A DNA stretch of 35,056 nt from Escherichia phage vB_EcoM-720R4: the sequence record ON470603.1; one strand, written 5' to 3'. This document shows positions 10,002 through 19,964 of this stretch, piece by piece. Numbering within the stretch: the stretch's first letter is position 1; every line of letters starts with the position of its first letter. The notes below the pieces were generated by a model that was given only the letters and a program-made list of their open reading frames with translations, did not search any database and was not told the origin of the DNA. A program made the translations under genes and the position numbers.

Positions 10002-11497
10002 TATGCAGACTCCTCTGAATACTGAAGACGGAACTGGTTAACCACGGCAAAGACACGCAACTGGTTAACATAGTCAGGCGGGAACAGCGTGTTCAGGCGG
10101 TTCGGATCGCTGGCATCACGCTCCACAACCAGGTACTGCTTAAACAGTTCGTAGTTTTCCACGATCCCCGCACGCTCAAGCTGACGGTAGGTTGCCAGCA
10201 GTTCCCCTTTGATCACCGCCGGGGTGACAATCGCCTGACCGGGACCAAAGCGGGTACCGTCACTGGCAAGCTTGTGACGCCCGTACTTACTGGTAATGAC
10301 GGATTTCAGTTTGCGCAGTACATACGCGCTGGTATGCAGTGTCTCACTGTCGAGGTAGCTGTTATCCGCAACCCCGTAAGCGTTTTTCCTGTACGTGGTG
10401 ACATCACGCTGAATGCGCAGTACCCCGCTTTCGACATACGCCGTTGCCACGCCATGAGACAGCAGGGTCTGTTGTTCGGTCATCGTGAACCGTTTCCCCT
10501 TCGGCGCAGGCAGCATACCCACCAGCTCACCGGTCTGCGTGGGACGTGCCGGATCGTTGCGGATAAACACCGCTGCGCGGGCGGTACGGCTGGCTGCCAG
10601 CTCGTCGGCAGGCGTCTGGGTCTCTTTTTCGTACCCCGCCAGGGTGATGTGCTGCTGGTTAAACTGGTCACCTGCGTTCACCAGTTCTGACAGTGTGCCG
10701 GCCTTTGCCGTATACACATGACCATACAGCTGACGCGCATAGCTCCAGCGACCGCTGGTATCGTTCATCTCGGTCACCAGCGTGTTAACAGAGGCCGTGT
10801 CGTTGAACGGCAGACCGATATAATCAAACGGCTCATCCGCCATTGCAGCCACCGCGCCGGTGAGAACCGGAGCGCCCGTTCCGGCGGTCCCCGTCGCCAC
10901 GGCAATCTGTACGCCCGCTGGCAGCACTTCGCCCCCACCGAAGCCGTAGTAATTGAGGCTGACAGGAATTTCATTCCCGCAAAGCCCCTTATGGCGAGCG
11001 GTCAGTGTAACCACACCAGCCGAAGATGAGGCCGTAAACGGCAGGGCCGGAACGGCATTGATGGCATCTTTGATACTGCTGGCAATCGTCGCGACGTTAT
11101 CGCCGTTGGTCACCGGTGCCTGCACGCGGGTACGTCCCACATAAACATTCACCGTGCCGGTTTCGGTTGCTGCCCCGGTCACCGTCAGCGTAACTGTTGC
11201 CGCCGCGCCTGTGGATTCAGGAACGGCAATCACATACAGTTCACCAAACGGGTCGGTCTGGCGATAAGCCTCGACCATACGCGCCAGCTGACTTCCCGCA
11301 CCACAAATCTGGCGTGCATAGTCTGCCGACGGCATCAGTACCAGACTGTTGGCAACAATCTCTGCACCGTTATTGGCATGACCAATCAGCAGCGATGCTC
11401 CGCTGTCCTGTGCAGTATTCGCCGCCTGGTTATCCATTTCCGCATAAAACAACGGAACCAGCGTATTCGACGGAATGGTGTTAAAGCTTATCGTCAT
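10001..11497 (-). CDS. contractile tail sheath protein
   Basis: 498-aa ORF; size and position upstream of the tube gene. Confidence 0.85.
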   Translation of the reverse strand: MTISFNTIPSNTLVPLFYAEMDNQAANTAQDSGASLLIGHANNGAEIVANSLVLMPSADYARQICGAGSQLARMVEAYRQTDPFGELYVIAVPESTGAAATVTLTVTGAATETGTVNVYVGRTRVQAPVTNGDNVATIASSIKDAINAVPALPFTASSSAGVVTLTARHKGLCGNEIPVSLNYYGFGGGEVLPAGVQIAVATGTAGTGAPVLTGAVAAMADEPFDYIGLPFNDTASVNTLVTEMNDTSGRWSYARQLYGHVYTAKAGTLSELVNAGDQFNQQHITLAGYEKETQTPADELAASRTARAAVFIRNDPARPTQTGELVGMLPAPKGKRFTMTEQQTLLSHGVATAYVESGVLRIQRDVTTYRKNAYGVADNSYLDSETLHTSAYVLRKLKSVITSKYGRHKLASDGTRFGPGQAIVTPAVIKGELLATYRQLERAGIVENYELFKQYLVVERDASDPNRLNTLFPPDYVNQLRVFAVVNQFRLQYSEESA

Positions 11498-11651
11498 CGG
11501 TATTCACCTTTTTATTCACGCGCCGGATATCACCCGCTGCTTCACGGCGCAGCCAGTAGTTGTTCTCGTCAACATTTCGCCCTTCGGCGGGCAAAAGGTC
11601 GCCGCGGGCAGGGTCAGGCACTGACCGCCCTTTAACAGGTTTGACAAACAT
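11481..11651 (-). CDS. small conserved phage protein (DUF2635-like), 56 aa
   Basis: Hand-translated ORF MFVKPVKGRSVPDPARGDLLPAEGRNVDENNYWLRREAAGDIRRVNKKVNTDDKL, below the 60-aa track cutoff; AGGA about 8 nt upstream of the ATG; 3' end overlaps the sheath start. Confidence 0.45.
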   Translation of the reverse strand: MFVKPVKGRSVPDPARGDLLPAEGRNVDENNYWLRREAAGDIRRVNKKVNTDDDKL

Positions 11652-11659
11652 GAGGATCC

Positions 11660-12220
11660 TCAGGAAGGAAGGGTTATTTCGGTGTGATGTTCGATATCGC
11701 CGTCAGGCCCGTTACCGGGCTCGAGATAATCAACATCAATCGCCAGCGTTTGCAGTTCATCCAGACTGTTCAGATCATCCTGCTGGCGGGTATCGTCTTC
11801 AGTCAGCTCGCTGATGACCGAAAAATCGAACTGATAAATCAGCTCATGACGATTCAGATCCAGCAGCGTGCCGCCGTCATAGGTAATCGGGTTACCGCAC
11901 GCTTCCGGGTTCCAGCCCAGCAGGGCCTTAAAGAGCATCTGCCGGACATCGTCCACCACATCATACGAGGCAAACTGACCGCGCTCATCACGCCCGTTAC
12001 TCAGTATGACAACCACGGAGAAGCCCTCTTTCAGCTCCTGCCAGTAGTCGGTCTGGCTTTTGTTTTCTCCCGGAGAGTCATCACCCGGTACCACATACGC
12101 CGCCGGGAGTCTCAGCTTTCCGACCTCCGGCAGATTTTTGAACTGTGCCGCGCCTGCCACCCGGTTTTCAAAATACGGGCAGCGGGCACGCAGCGCAGCA
12201 ATAACAGGCGTCAGTTTCAT
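11660..12220 (-). CDS. Mu gp37-like protein (DUF1834), tail completion or virion protein
   Basis: 186-aa acidic ORF upstream of the sheath gene; position-based assignment. Confidence 0.5.
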   Translation of the reverse strand: MKLTPVIAALRARCPYFENRVAGAAQFKNLPEVGKLRLPAAYVVPGDDSPGENKSQTDYWQELKEGFSVVVILSNGRDERGQFASYDVVDDVRQMLFKALLGWNPEACGNPITYDGGTLLDLNRHELIYQFDFSVISELTEDDTRQQDDLNSLDELQTLAIDVDYLEPGNGPDGDIEHHTEITLPS

Positions 12221-12723
12221 CTGTGTCGTCGCTCCGGCTTCAGTGATTTACGCAATTCCCGCGCCAGAAAATAGCGTGTCCAGCTGCGGTTCTTTTCAAG
12301 CGCTTCCACCATGAAGTTATTACGTGGAGCCAGTCGCCAGCCGCTGCCACCGGATGCACCACGATGATGACTACGACGACGTTTTGCTCCTCCCCGGACA
12401 CCAAAAAACAGAAACGCCGGATAGAAGTCACCAGAGATCATCCGGTTCCCCTTCCCTTTGCGCTGGTTAGGGGCAATGCGTGTCATAAAACCGGCTCGCT
12501 TTTTACTGGCTCTCGGCACCATATAACCAATCGAACGAGCCAGGCGTCCGGTCTGATAACCGGGGTTTTCACCCGGTGCCGACCGCGCACGGCGCATCAC
12601 CAGCCGACGGGCATCACGCATATGACGCTGCCCAATCGTGACAAACGCCCGCCGGACACGGGCGCGGTTAAAGCGCATCTCGGCGGGCTGCTGAACATCA
12701 ACGTGAAAAAAGGGAGTCGCCAT
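12217..12723 (-). CDS. HK97 gp10-like tail-component / virion morphogenesis protein
   Basis: 168-aa, very basic ORF between the head-completion genes and the tail module. Confidence 0.45.
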   Translation of the reverse strand: MATPFFHVDVQQPAEMRFNRARVRRAFVTIGQRHMRDARRLVMRRARSAPGENPGYQTGRLARSIGYMVPRASKKRAGFMTRIAPNQRKGKGNRMISGDFYPAFLFFGVRGGAKRRRSHHRGASGGSGWRLAPRNNFMVEALEKNRSWTRYFLARELRKSLKPERRHR

Positions 12724-13108
12724 TGCTGCCTCCGTGACTCTGCCTACATTCGCCCAGCTCCGTACACTCCAGCAGCAGAAAGCGCCGCGCCCCGTTCAGA
12801 TCGCGCTGACGTTTCACCCGGTACACACTGTCACCGCAGACCACCTCATAATCAGCGGTGATCCCCCGGCGGTAACGAATGGTGATGTAATGGGTGATGG
12901 CGTCCCCGGTCTGCGCGGTTTCCTGCCAGGTGGTGGCACTGGTCTGGATAACCTTCGCCCATGTCCGGAACGTAACCGGGTATTGAGGCTCCACGCCAAA
13001 GTTATCCGCGGGCATATCCACCCGCAGGCGGATCAGGACGCGTTTATTCAGTTCACCGGGGTCCGGCAGAATGTAGGTTGCGCTGGTCTGCGCCTGACGA
13101 ATTTTCAT
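12698..13108 (-). CDS. head-tail adaptor / head closure protein
   Basis: 136-aa ORF after the gp6-like connector gene; ATGA overlap. Confidence 0.5.
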   Translation of the reverse strand: MKIRQAQTSATYILPDPGELNKRVLIRLRVDMPADNFGVEPQYPVTFRTWAKVIQTSATTWQETAQTGDAITHYITIRYRRGITADYEVVCGDSVYRVKRQRDLNGARRFLLLECTELGECRQSHGGSNGDSLFSR

Positions 13109-13428
13109 TGCGGAAAGTACCTGTACGGGCCGACAAGCCAGCCAAAACTCTGCGGCATGTCGAGTTTCTCCACTTCCGTAACCGACGAGCGGTTTTCGTA
13201 AAAATGGCTGATAAGCATCAGAATCCCCAGACGAATATCATCCGGCAGGTGCAGCCCGTCCGGATCGCTGTCCGGAATGGTTTCATCCGGTGCATAGAGC
13301 TTCCGGTTCAGATACGTTTCCGTCCGCTTTTGTGCCGCACAGGCCAGCAGTTGCAGATGGCGGTCATCAGCATCGAAATCCTCATCCAGCCGGAGTTGGG
13401 CTTTAATCTCTCCCATTGTCAGAAGCAT
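13105..13428 (-). CDS. head-tail connector protein (gp6-like)
   Basis: 107-aa acidic ORF downstream of the capsid gene. Confidence 0.55.
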   Translation of the reverse strand: MLLTMGEIKAQLRLDEDFDADDRHLQLLACAAQKRTETYLNRKLYAPDETIPDSDPDGLHLPDDIRLGILMLISHFYENRSSVTEVEKLDMPQSFGWLVGPYRYFPQ

Positions 13429-13430
13429 AC

Positions 13431-13631
13431 TCAGCCCTCTTTACTGGTCGTGGCTTTTTTCTCTTTTGCCGCTTTACTGCTTTTTGCACTGATTCCGAGC
13501 TCTGCTAACCCGGCCTGAAGTGCAATCTCCTGCACCCGGGCAGGAAGCGCCCCGTCGCCATACTCACCGGCCCGAATGACCTCAACACGCATACCGTCCG
13601 GTGACCATTTCAGATCTTGTTTCAGGATCAT
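13431..13631 (-). CDS. hypothetical protein (66 aa) between capsid and connector genes
   Basis: Small ORF with a Lys/Ala-rich C-terminus, tightly packed in the operon. Confidence 0.4.
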   Translation of the reverse strand: MILKQDLKWSPDGMRVEVIRAGEYGDGALPARVQEIALQAGLAELGISAKSSKAAKEKKATTSKEG

Positions 13632-13654
13632 GATTCTTTCACCTGTCAGAACAG

Positions 13655-13675
13655 GGGGCGCGGTTCCGCGCCCCT
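13655..13675 (-). terminator. GC-rich stem-loop (GGGGCGCGG-TTC-CCGCGCCCC) immediately downstream of the major capsid gene; no clear U-tract
   Basis: Perfect 9-bp stem read directly from the sequence; placement after a highly expressed gene suggests an mRNA-stabilising or attenuating hairpin. Confidence 0.35.
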
Positions 13676-13681
13676 GAATGA

Positions 13682-14887
13682 TTACGCCGCAGCAATCTTC
13701 AGCAGTTTGATGGCCTGCGAATCGACCAGCATGCCGCCGGTGCGCTTGGTGGTATAAAAACCGACAAACGGTTTATTGGTGTACGGATCGCGAAGAATGC
13801 GGGTACCGATACGGTCAACGATGGTGTAACCCCGTTTGAAGTTACCAAATGCAATGGCTTTCGCATCCGCGGCAATATCCGGCATCTGCTCGTTTTCAGC
13901 GATACCGTAACCCGCCAGAGAGGATGGCTGCCCCAGTTCCAGCCCAGGACGCCACAGATAGTTACCCTCGGTGTCTTTCAGCAGACGGATGGCAAACAGG
14001 CTGTTGTTGTTCATCATGAACTTCGCGCCAGTGCGGTGTGCCTTACGCAGCGTGTAAATCAGTTTGATAATGGCATCAGCGGTCACCGCAGTCGCTTCAC
14101 CGGATACAATATGCTGAAGTTTGCCAAACGCCCGGACCTTGTCGGTTTCATCCGTGGATTCATACGCCAGAAACCCTTTCGGCTTCTTGGTGCCATCGCC
14201 GGAGGTAAAGGCAATTTCTTCCTGTTCGGCAAATTCGGTTGCCAGCTCGCTGTTGATCCAGGCCTCCACGTTGAAGAAGGCATCGTCCAGCATTTTCTGG
14301 GTGGCCTGCGGGTTGCCGTAGATTTCCCCCATGAGAGGTTCAATCAGCTCCAGTCTGGAGGTGGCAGTCTGGGATCGCGTATCCGTTTCCCCCACCCATC
14401 CGGAAGCCGTACCGCCCAGATTCACCAGTTTTTTGTAGTCAGAACCGCCAACGGTGATCACCGTGGCTTCCTGACGCATCACCACTTCATCTTTCAGCAG
14501 GTTAAGAATGTTGCGATCCAGTGCTTCCGGCACGGCGTAGCCACCGTCTTCATCGGTACCCACCTGCAATGCCTTACGCTCCAGATCGCGCAGACCGTCT
14601 TCACGGCCTTTACGCAGGAAGCCCACAAACGCCTCTTTATGCTCGGTGGCCAGTTTATTTTGCGCACCACCTGCCGGACGTTTCAGCTCAAGCAGCTCTT
14701 TTTCAAGGTCGCTTTTGAGATTTTCCAGCTCGCTGAGTTTCCCGTTCAGGGTTTCCACCTGCCCGGCAAGCTTGCCTTTTTCCTGCTCAATCGCATCCAC
14801 GCGCTTGTCGTTCTTTGCTTTGAAGTCGTCAAACTTCTGCTGCAGCTCCTGCGCGACCTGTTCGACATCTTTAATATCAACCGCCAT
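13682..14887 (-). CDS. major capsid protein, HK97 fold, with N-terminal coiled-coil delta (scaffolding) domain
   Basis: 401-aa ORF; N-terminal roughly 100 residues predicted coiled-coil (ELQQKFDDFKAKNDKRVDAIEQEKGKLAG...); directly downstream of the prohead protease. Confidence 0.9.
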   Translation of the reverse strand: MAVDIKDVEQVAQELQQKFDDFKAKNDKRVDAIEQEKGKLAGQVETLNGKLSELENLKSDLEKELLELKRPAGGAQNKLATEHKEAFVGFLRKGREDGLRDLERKALQVGTDEDGGYAVPEALDRNILNLLKDEVVMRQEATVITVGGSDYKKLVNLGGTASGWVGETDTRSQTATSRLELIEPLMGEIYGNPQATQKMLDDAFFNVEAWINSELATEFAEQEEIAFTSGDGTKKPKGFLAYESTDETDKVRAFGKLQHIVSGEATAVTADAIIKLIYTLRKAHRTGAKFMMNNNSLFAIRLLKDTEGNYLWRPGLELGQPSSLAGYGIAENEQMPDIAADAKAIAFGNFKRGYTIVDRIGTRILRDPYTNKPFVGFYTTKRTGGMLVDSQAIKLLKIAAA

Positions 14888-14901
14888 CGTATTTCTCCTG
14901 A

Positions 14902-15588
14902 TTAGAAGTTCAGATTTTTCAGTGCATTCAGTGCAGAGCCCACATCCTCAGCGTCGCGCAGGGACAGTGCGCCATAGCCCCCGGCCATGAATGCTTTGGC
15001 CTGGGTACGGGAGAGTCCGACATCACGCAGGACTCTTTCGATTTTTTTCTGTTCGGGGATTTCCCCGCGGGCCAGTGCGTTCTTGACGTCGCAGATCCGC
15101 GCCTCGTCGTTAGACGGGAACGTCACCAGGCTGACTTCCCAGAGGTCGATTTCTTTCAGCAGAAAGGCTTCTTTGCTCCGGTCGTATTCCCAGTCTTTCA
15201 GGACGTACCCAATAGAAAGGCCGGTTAACGAACCGGCCTTCATGTGTGCATGTGCGCGTTTTGCGAGGGGATCATCATCAATAAGCAACCGTCCCCTGAC
15301 GTAAAGCCCGACATCGTCTTCCTTCATTTCGGTGTAAACACCGATGGGTTCATCCATGCGGTGCTGCCAGAGCAGCGCAGGTAACGCTTTTCTGTCACTC
15401 CACGCCCGCAGGGAAGCAGCAAATGCCCCGGACATCACCACATCATCGTGGCTGTCCTTTACACCAAAGACGGAGCCATACCCTTCAAACTCACCGGAGT
15501 CACTGACAGATTTCAGACTCAGCGGTACATCAAGACGTTGTTTCGTCTGCATTGGCGTTATCCTTCTGCTTACCGGCTTTACTGCCAT
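14902..15588 (-). CDS. prohead protease (HK97 family)
   Basis: 228-aa ORF between portal and capsid; an alternative start at 15552 (MQTKQ...) has a better RBS (AAGGA) and avoids the 59-nt overlap with the portal gene. Confidence 0.8.
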   Translation of the reverse strand: MAVKPVSRRITPMQTKQRLDVPLSLKSVSDSGEFEGYGSVFGVKDSHDDVVMSGAFAASLRAWSDRKALPALLWQHRMDEPIGVYTEMKEDDVGLYVRGRLLIDDDPLAKRAHAHMKAGSLTGLSIGYVLKDWEYDRSKEAFLLKEIDLWEVSLVTFPSNDEARICDVKNALARGEIPEQKKIERVLRDVGLSRTQAKAFMAGGYGALSLRDAEDVGSALNALKNLNF

Positions 15589-16771
15589 CGGAGGGTTTCG
15601 TGGTCATGTTCATCGGTGTGAGATAGACATCACCACCGGGTCGTGGATTCATATCTTCCAGGTCGCGGCAGTCATTGGGAGAGTAAATTCCCCAGTTGAT
15701 CCCGGTGGCGTAGGCTTCAAAACGGGACTTCATATCCCCGCGCAGTAACGCCCCGGCGTTAAATTTGGCGTAATAAACGCCCTGCTTACTTTTTCGTACC
15801 AGTCCGGTGTTGATCCGCTGTTCGATGCGGGTCAGATACGGCACCAGTGAATAGTTGATAAATCCCAGCCCCAGCTCTTCGATATTGTTGAAGGTGGCGC
15901 GATCGGTGTTCTGCACCATGTGCAACGGCACCCGGAACAGACGACAGATTTCTTCAAGCTGAAACTTGCGGGTTTCCAGGAACTGGCTGTCCTCGGCGTT
16001 CAGCGCCATCGACTTCCAGTCCAGCCCCATCTCAAGGATCATCGGGCGGTGAGCATTGCCAAGCCCGGTGTGACGCTCCTCAAAATCTTTCTTCAGGCGC
16101 TCATAAGCCTGATCTGACAGCGTCTGCTCTGTACGCAACACACCCGACGTCACCGCGCCATTGCTGAACAGTCTGGCCCCGTGCTCTTCGGTCGCTGCCG
16201 CCAGCGATATTGCCTCGCGGGCATAGGCGATGGGATTCAGCCCCACCAGTCCGTCCAGCGTCAGCGTGCGCACATGCCAGATATCCTCCTGGCTCAGTAC
16301 ATCCGCGGAGCCATCCGGGAATGTGACCTGATAGACCGGTTCCCAGCTACTGTTAAGCTTCGGTACCACACAGCCGGGATCGACGGGCAGCAGTTCAGCC
16401 ACTTCGCCAAATGCTTTCACTTTGTAGGCGTAAAAGTTTCCCCGCAGGCACAGACAGGTGACCACCAGCTCCCAGAACTCCTGCGGCGTCATATAGCCAT
16501 TGGGATGCGTGGAGATCAGCTTATGCAGACGTTCGCCAGTGGCTCTCTGCTTCAGGCTGCCGTTCAGGTGATACAGGTTGCAGGGCAACATCCCGACCGA
16601 CTCCGCCAGCACCCTGACACAGGAAAAAACCGCCGTCAGTCGCATGGCCCGCTGGCTGCTGATCTGCTTTCCGGTATAGGTGTCGTAGGACAACCCGATA
16701 GCATCCGCCAGCTCTGCTGGCGTGGTCACCGGTGCGTCACTTTTTCGTTGAAATAATCCCGAAAAGAACAC
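15530..16771 (-). CDS. portal protein (HK97 family)
   Basis: 413-aa ORF downstream of the large terminase. Confidence 0.9.
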   Translation of the reverse strand: MFFSGLFQRKSDAPVTTPAELADAIGLSYDTYTGKQISSQRAMRLTAVFSCVRVLAESVGMLPCNLYHLNGSLKQRATGERLHKLISTHPNGYMTPQEFWELVVTCLCLRGNFYAYKVKAFGEVAELLPVDPGCVVPKLNSSWEPVYQVTFPDGSADVLSQEDIWHVRTLTLDGLVGLNPIAYAREAISLAAATEEHGARLFSNGAVTSGVLRTEQTLSDQAYERLKKDFEERHTGLGNAHRPMILEMGLDWKSMALNAEDSQFLETRKFQLEEICRLFRVPLHMVQNTDRATFNNIEELGLGFINYSLVPYLTRIEQRINTGLVRKSKQGVYYAKFNAGALLRGDMKSRFEAYATGINWGIYSPNDCRDLEDMNPRPGGDVYLTPMNMTTKPSDGSKAGKQKDNANADETTS

Positions 16772-16953
16772 TATTTACCTCCGCCGACAGACGACTGTGT
16801 ACGGTCGAGATATCGCGCCACCAGCCACGACCAGAACAGGCACAACGCCCCGGCAACAACAAACCCCGCCGGGGGATAAATCAGCCAGGCACCATACGCC
16901 AGCAAAAGCGCCCCCAGCACGCCCACCAGAGGCGCGAGAATCAGCATGATCAT
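16771..16953 (-). CDS. small hydrophobic protein (two predicted transmembrane helices)
   Basis: 60-aa ORF wedged between the large terminase and portal genes. Confidence 0.35.
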
Positions 16954-16964
16954 AATTACCTCAG

Positions 16965-18698
16965 TTAAAGCGAGCGGATCCCATAGGACTCAATGTGGTC
17001 AGACAGCGTGTCTTCTTTCTCGTACAGCATGGCTCTGCCAACCGCCATAATCAGCGCAACTGCACCATCGATTTTGTTTTCCGCCTGCTCTTTGACGGGC
17101 TTCACCACATCATCGTTACCCGGAATGGTTTTGCCGACCACGTTGCCGATACACCAGGTCATGATGGGATTACCATCATGATGAAAGCGCCCCGATTCAA
17201 TTGCCGCTTCCAGCTCTTTCATCGGGTCGGACATGTTGGTGTAATTCTGAATGATAGTGATGGGGTTCAGGTCTTCATCAGCAAGGTCATGTGACAACCC
17301 GGTCGCCCCGAAGGGGTCGATGGGTGACTCACTGACCGGGCTGATTTTGTTCGCCGCTTTGGCCTCCTCGAGGATGTAGCGATAATCCACCTCCGCACCA
17401 TCGGTAACGGTCAGAACGCCCATTTCCACCCATTTCTGAAAGCGTTCGGCTGTCCGTCGATCTTCATTTTTCTCGACGCTGTACACCGTGTCATACGGTA
17501 CCCAGAAACGCGGGGCCACACTGTAGTAATGCGTTTTACCGTCAATCTCGCGGGTATAAAGTCGCGCCATGCTGTTCATATCCAGCTTACGCGCCAGGTC
17601 AAAGGCCAGAATGCACGGCTGCCCCTCGAACTGCTCAAGGGTCAGTGATTTATCCTCGCAGCTCTGCCAGCTCACCAGGTTGAAATACGCCGAACGCGCC
17701 GACACCCAGATATTGAGGTGTTTTGTTTTAAAGACGTTTGCCAGACGGGCGTTATTTTTCGCACGCTGTTGCTGACTTAACAAAAACTCACGGTAAACCG
17801 ACACCCCGATATTCGGGTTGGCTTTTTCCAGCACCTGTGGGTTGGTCCAGTCGTCACCTTCGTCAACGGTATAGATGATCCCGAACAGTTCATCGTTAGG
17901 CACCGAGCCGTTGAGCATCTCGATGACTTCCCGCCGCTTGTCGTAGCACGGCCCCTCAATGTTGTACCCGGCGGTGGTGATGGCCCACATCAGTGGCTGA
18001 CGTCGCGCCCCCATCCCGGTAAGCATTGTGGTATAAAGCGCATCGGTGGCATGCTCGTGATATTCATCAACCACGGCACAGTGGGGTGATGAACCATCAC
18101 CGGGGTTGCCGATCAGCGGTTCAAACCGCGCGCCATCCTCCGGACGGTTCATGTTTGAGGCGTTAACCTCAATCCCGAACGCTTCCGTCAGCATGGGTGT
18201 GCGTTTACACATCAGTCGCGCCGGGCGAAAGACTTCCCACGCCTGTTTCTCTGTCGTGGCACCGGAATACACTTCCGCGCCAAACTCGTTATCACAGGCA
18301 AAACAATACAGGGCAACACCGGCAGAGATTGCCGATTTGCCGTTCTTACGGGGAATTTCGGTATACACCTCCCGGAAGCGGCGCAATCGGGTGCCTTTAT
18401 TGACCCAGCCAAACGCACAGCAGATCACAAATAGCTGCCACGGCTCCAGCGTGATGGGCATCCGTTTGAATGCCCACTCACCCTTGGTATGCGGCAACAG
18501 CTGAATAAATTTGGCGGCCCGTTCAGCCATGTCCTTGTCGAAGCGGTAACGAAACGACTTACTTTTTTCCGCCATCAGGTCATCAAGATGGCGCTGGCAG
18601 GCCTGAATCACAAACTGGCAGGCCACAATCTTTCCGCGCACGACATCCCGGGCATACTGATTTGCAGCATTTACGTTGGGGTAAGATTTCCGGCTCAT
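16965..18698 (-). CDS. terminase large subunit
   Basis: 577-aa ORF with ATGA overlap to the small terminase subunit; the portal gene follows. Confidence 0.9.
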
Positions 18699-19198
18699 GA
18701 TTCGATAATTTTCAGAAACGGGTTAGTGGCTTTCTTCTGCCCCGCCAGGCCAATCAGACGCTGGCGGCTGCTGGGGTCGAGTCCGAGCATTGCCCCCGTG
18801 CTGCTCATCTCGGACTCCTGTTCTTTTTTGGCGGTCAGCTCCGGATTTTTGACCCTGCCGCCCATTGCACCGGTGATGGTGTTGCCCTGTCTGGCAATAT
18901 TTTTCACGGCACGCCGCCAGAACTCGTAGGCCACGCACCACCGCTCAAGCACCGCGAGGTCAGTCACGCACAGCAGGCCCTGACCGCAGAGTTCTTTGGT
19001 TGTCAGTTGCCACATGATCGTGGCGAGAGGGAGATCTTCTTCAGCGAACCACTCCGGTGGCTCAACACCTTTGATGGGCGTAAAAACAGGTTCATCTTTA
19101 TTCAGGGCTCGCTTGCCGGGGTTTCCGGCCAGCGCCTTGCGCGCCGTTGGCTTGGGGCGACGCCCGGAACGCCCCGCCGTTCCAGCCATATGCGGCAC
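18695..19198 (-). CDS. terminase small subunit (P27-like)
   Basis: 167-aa ORF immediately upstream of the large terminase; basic N-terminus. Confidence 0.8.
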   Translation of the reverse strand: MPHMAGTAGRSGRRPKPTARKALAGNPGKRALNKDEPVFTPIKGVEPPEWFAEEDLPLATIMWQLTTKELCGQGLLCVTDLAVLERWCVAYEFWRRAVKNIARQGNTITGAMGGRVKNPELTAKKEQESEMSSTGAMLGLDPSSRQRLIGLAGQKKATNPFLKIIES

Positions 19199-19239
19199 TC
19201 CTGGTTAAATTTCATTTTTCGCGGGTATAAAAAAACGAT

Positions 19240-19288
19240 GGGGCGGGCAGTCCGGAAGACGTCAGGTCACAGAGATTTGACCCGCCCC
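19240..19288. other. candidate packaging (cos-like) region: 8-bp GC inverted repeat GGGGCGGG ... CCCGCCCC
   Basis: The only non-coding gap (19199-19314) between the HNH gene and the small terminase; inverted repeat seen directly. Confidence 0.25.
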
Positions 19289-19314
19289 TCCCCTCAGGCA
19301 GTTGAGAATCATTA

Positions 19315-19665
19315 TCACTTCAACCGTTCACGGGCCGTCTTCGCCTTATGACACGGCCAGCACAGACTCTGCAGATTACTGTCGGCATCAGTGCCGCCAT
19401 GTGCTTTAGGGATGATGTGGTCAACGGTTTTCGCTTCACGCGCCACACCAGCACGCAGACATAACTGACACAGGCCTTTGTCACGTTGCAGCACACGCAC
19501 ACGGATAACATCCCACTTAGAACCATAACCGCGCTGATGACGGGATTGTCCCGACTTGTATTGCTTCCAGCCTTCGCTTTTGTGGCTTTCACAATAGCCT
19601 GACGAGTCAGTGGTGGTATGGCGGCAGCCGCGAACGCGGCAGGCTTTTGGGGTTCGTGGGGGCAT
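19315..19665 (-). CDS. HNH endonuclease (packaging-associated)
   Basis: 116-aa ORF with Cys pairs and H-N-H residues (DHIIPKAHGGTDADSNLQSLCWPCH); immediately upstream of the terminase genes. Confidence 0.85.
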   Translation of the reverse strand: MPPRTPKACRVRGCRHTTTDSSGYCESHKSEGWKQYKSGQSRHQRGYGSKWDVIRVRVLQRDKGLCQLCLRAGVAREAKTVDHIIPKAHGGTDADSNLQSLCWPCHKAKTARERLK

Positions 19666-19691
19666 AAATATATTCCTGTTCTTTGTCCGGA

Positions 19692-19964
19692 CTATTTGCC
19701 TGCTGCCAACAAAGCGTTACGGCGCATCTCGATACTTCGAATCCCCGCTTTGTCAATATTGCATTGTCCCAACGCCGAAAGCAGGCTCACATTCAGATCC
19801 AGACTGGCCCCATAGGTCAGCGGCTCGGGAATGACTGGCTGGGGAGTTTCAGTAGTCAGGCTTGCTGGCAACGGTACCGCCGGAATCGGTACGTAAACTG
19901 TTCGCGTACTTCCGCAACCGGTCAGCAGCGGCAGCAGGCACATGACGTGAAGCACAATCATCAT
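19692..19964 (-). CDS. o-spanin (Rz1-like outer-membrane lipoprotein)
   Basis: Lipobox LLTGC followed by a Pro-rich segment; starts inside the 3' part of the Rz-like gene in another frame and extends beyond it; start assigned to an internal Met. Confidence 0.55.
   Translation of the reverse strand: MMIVLHVMCLLPLLTGCGSTRTVYVPIPAVPLPASLTTETPQPVIPEPLTYGASLDLNVSLLSALGQCNIDKAGIRSIEMRRNALLAAGK

Noticed and set aside
11684-12274. 196-aa plus-strand ORF overlapping the gp37-like and gp10-like genes
   Set aside because: Antisense shadow ORF within a tightly packed minus-strand operon; spans a gene boundary on the opposite strand.
12364-12861. 165-aa plus-strand ORF inside the head-completion genes
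   Set aside because: Antisense to two overlapping minus-strand genes; Arg/Pro/His-rich composition typical of a spurious frame.
14036-14905. 289-aa plus-strand ORF antisense to the major capsid gene
   Set aside because: Lies entirely within the well-supported minus-strand capsid gene; low-complexity, stop-free antisense frame typical of GC-rich coding DNA; no RBS.
16181-16756. 191-aa plus-strand ORF inside the portal gene
   Set aside because: Antisense to the portal protein coding sequence; no independent support.
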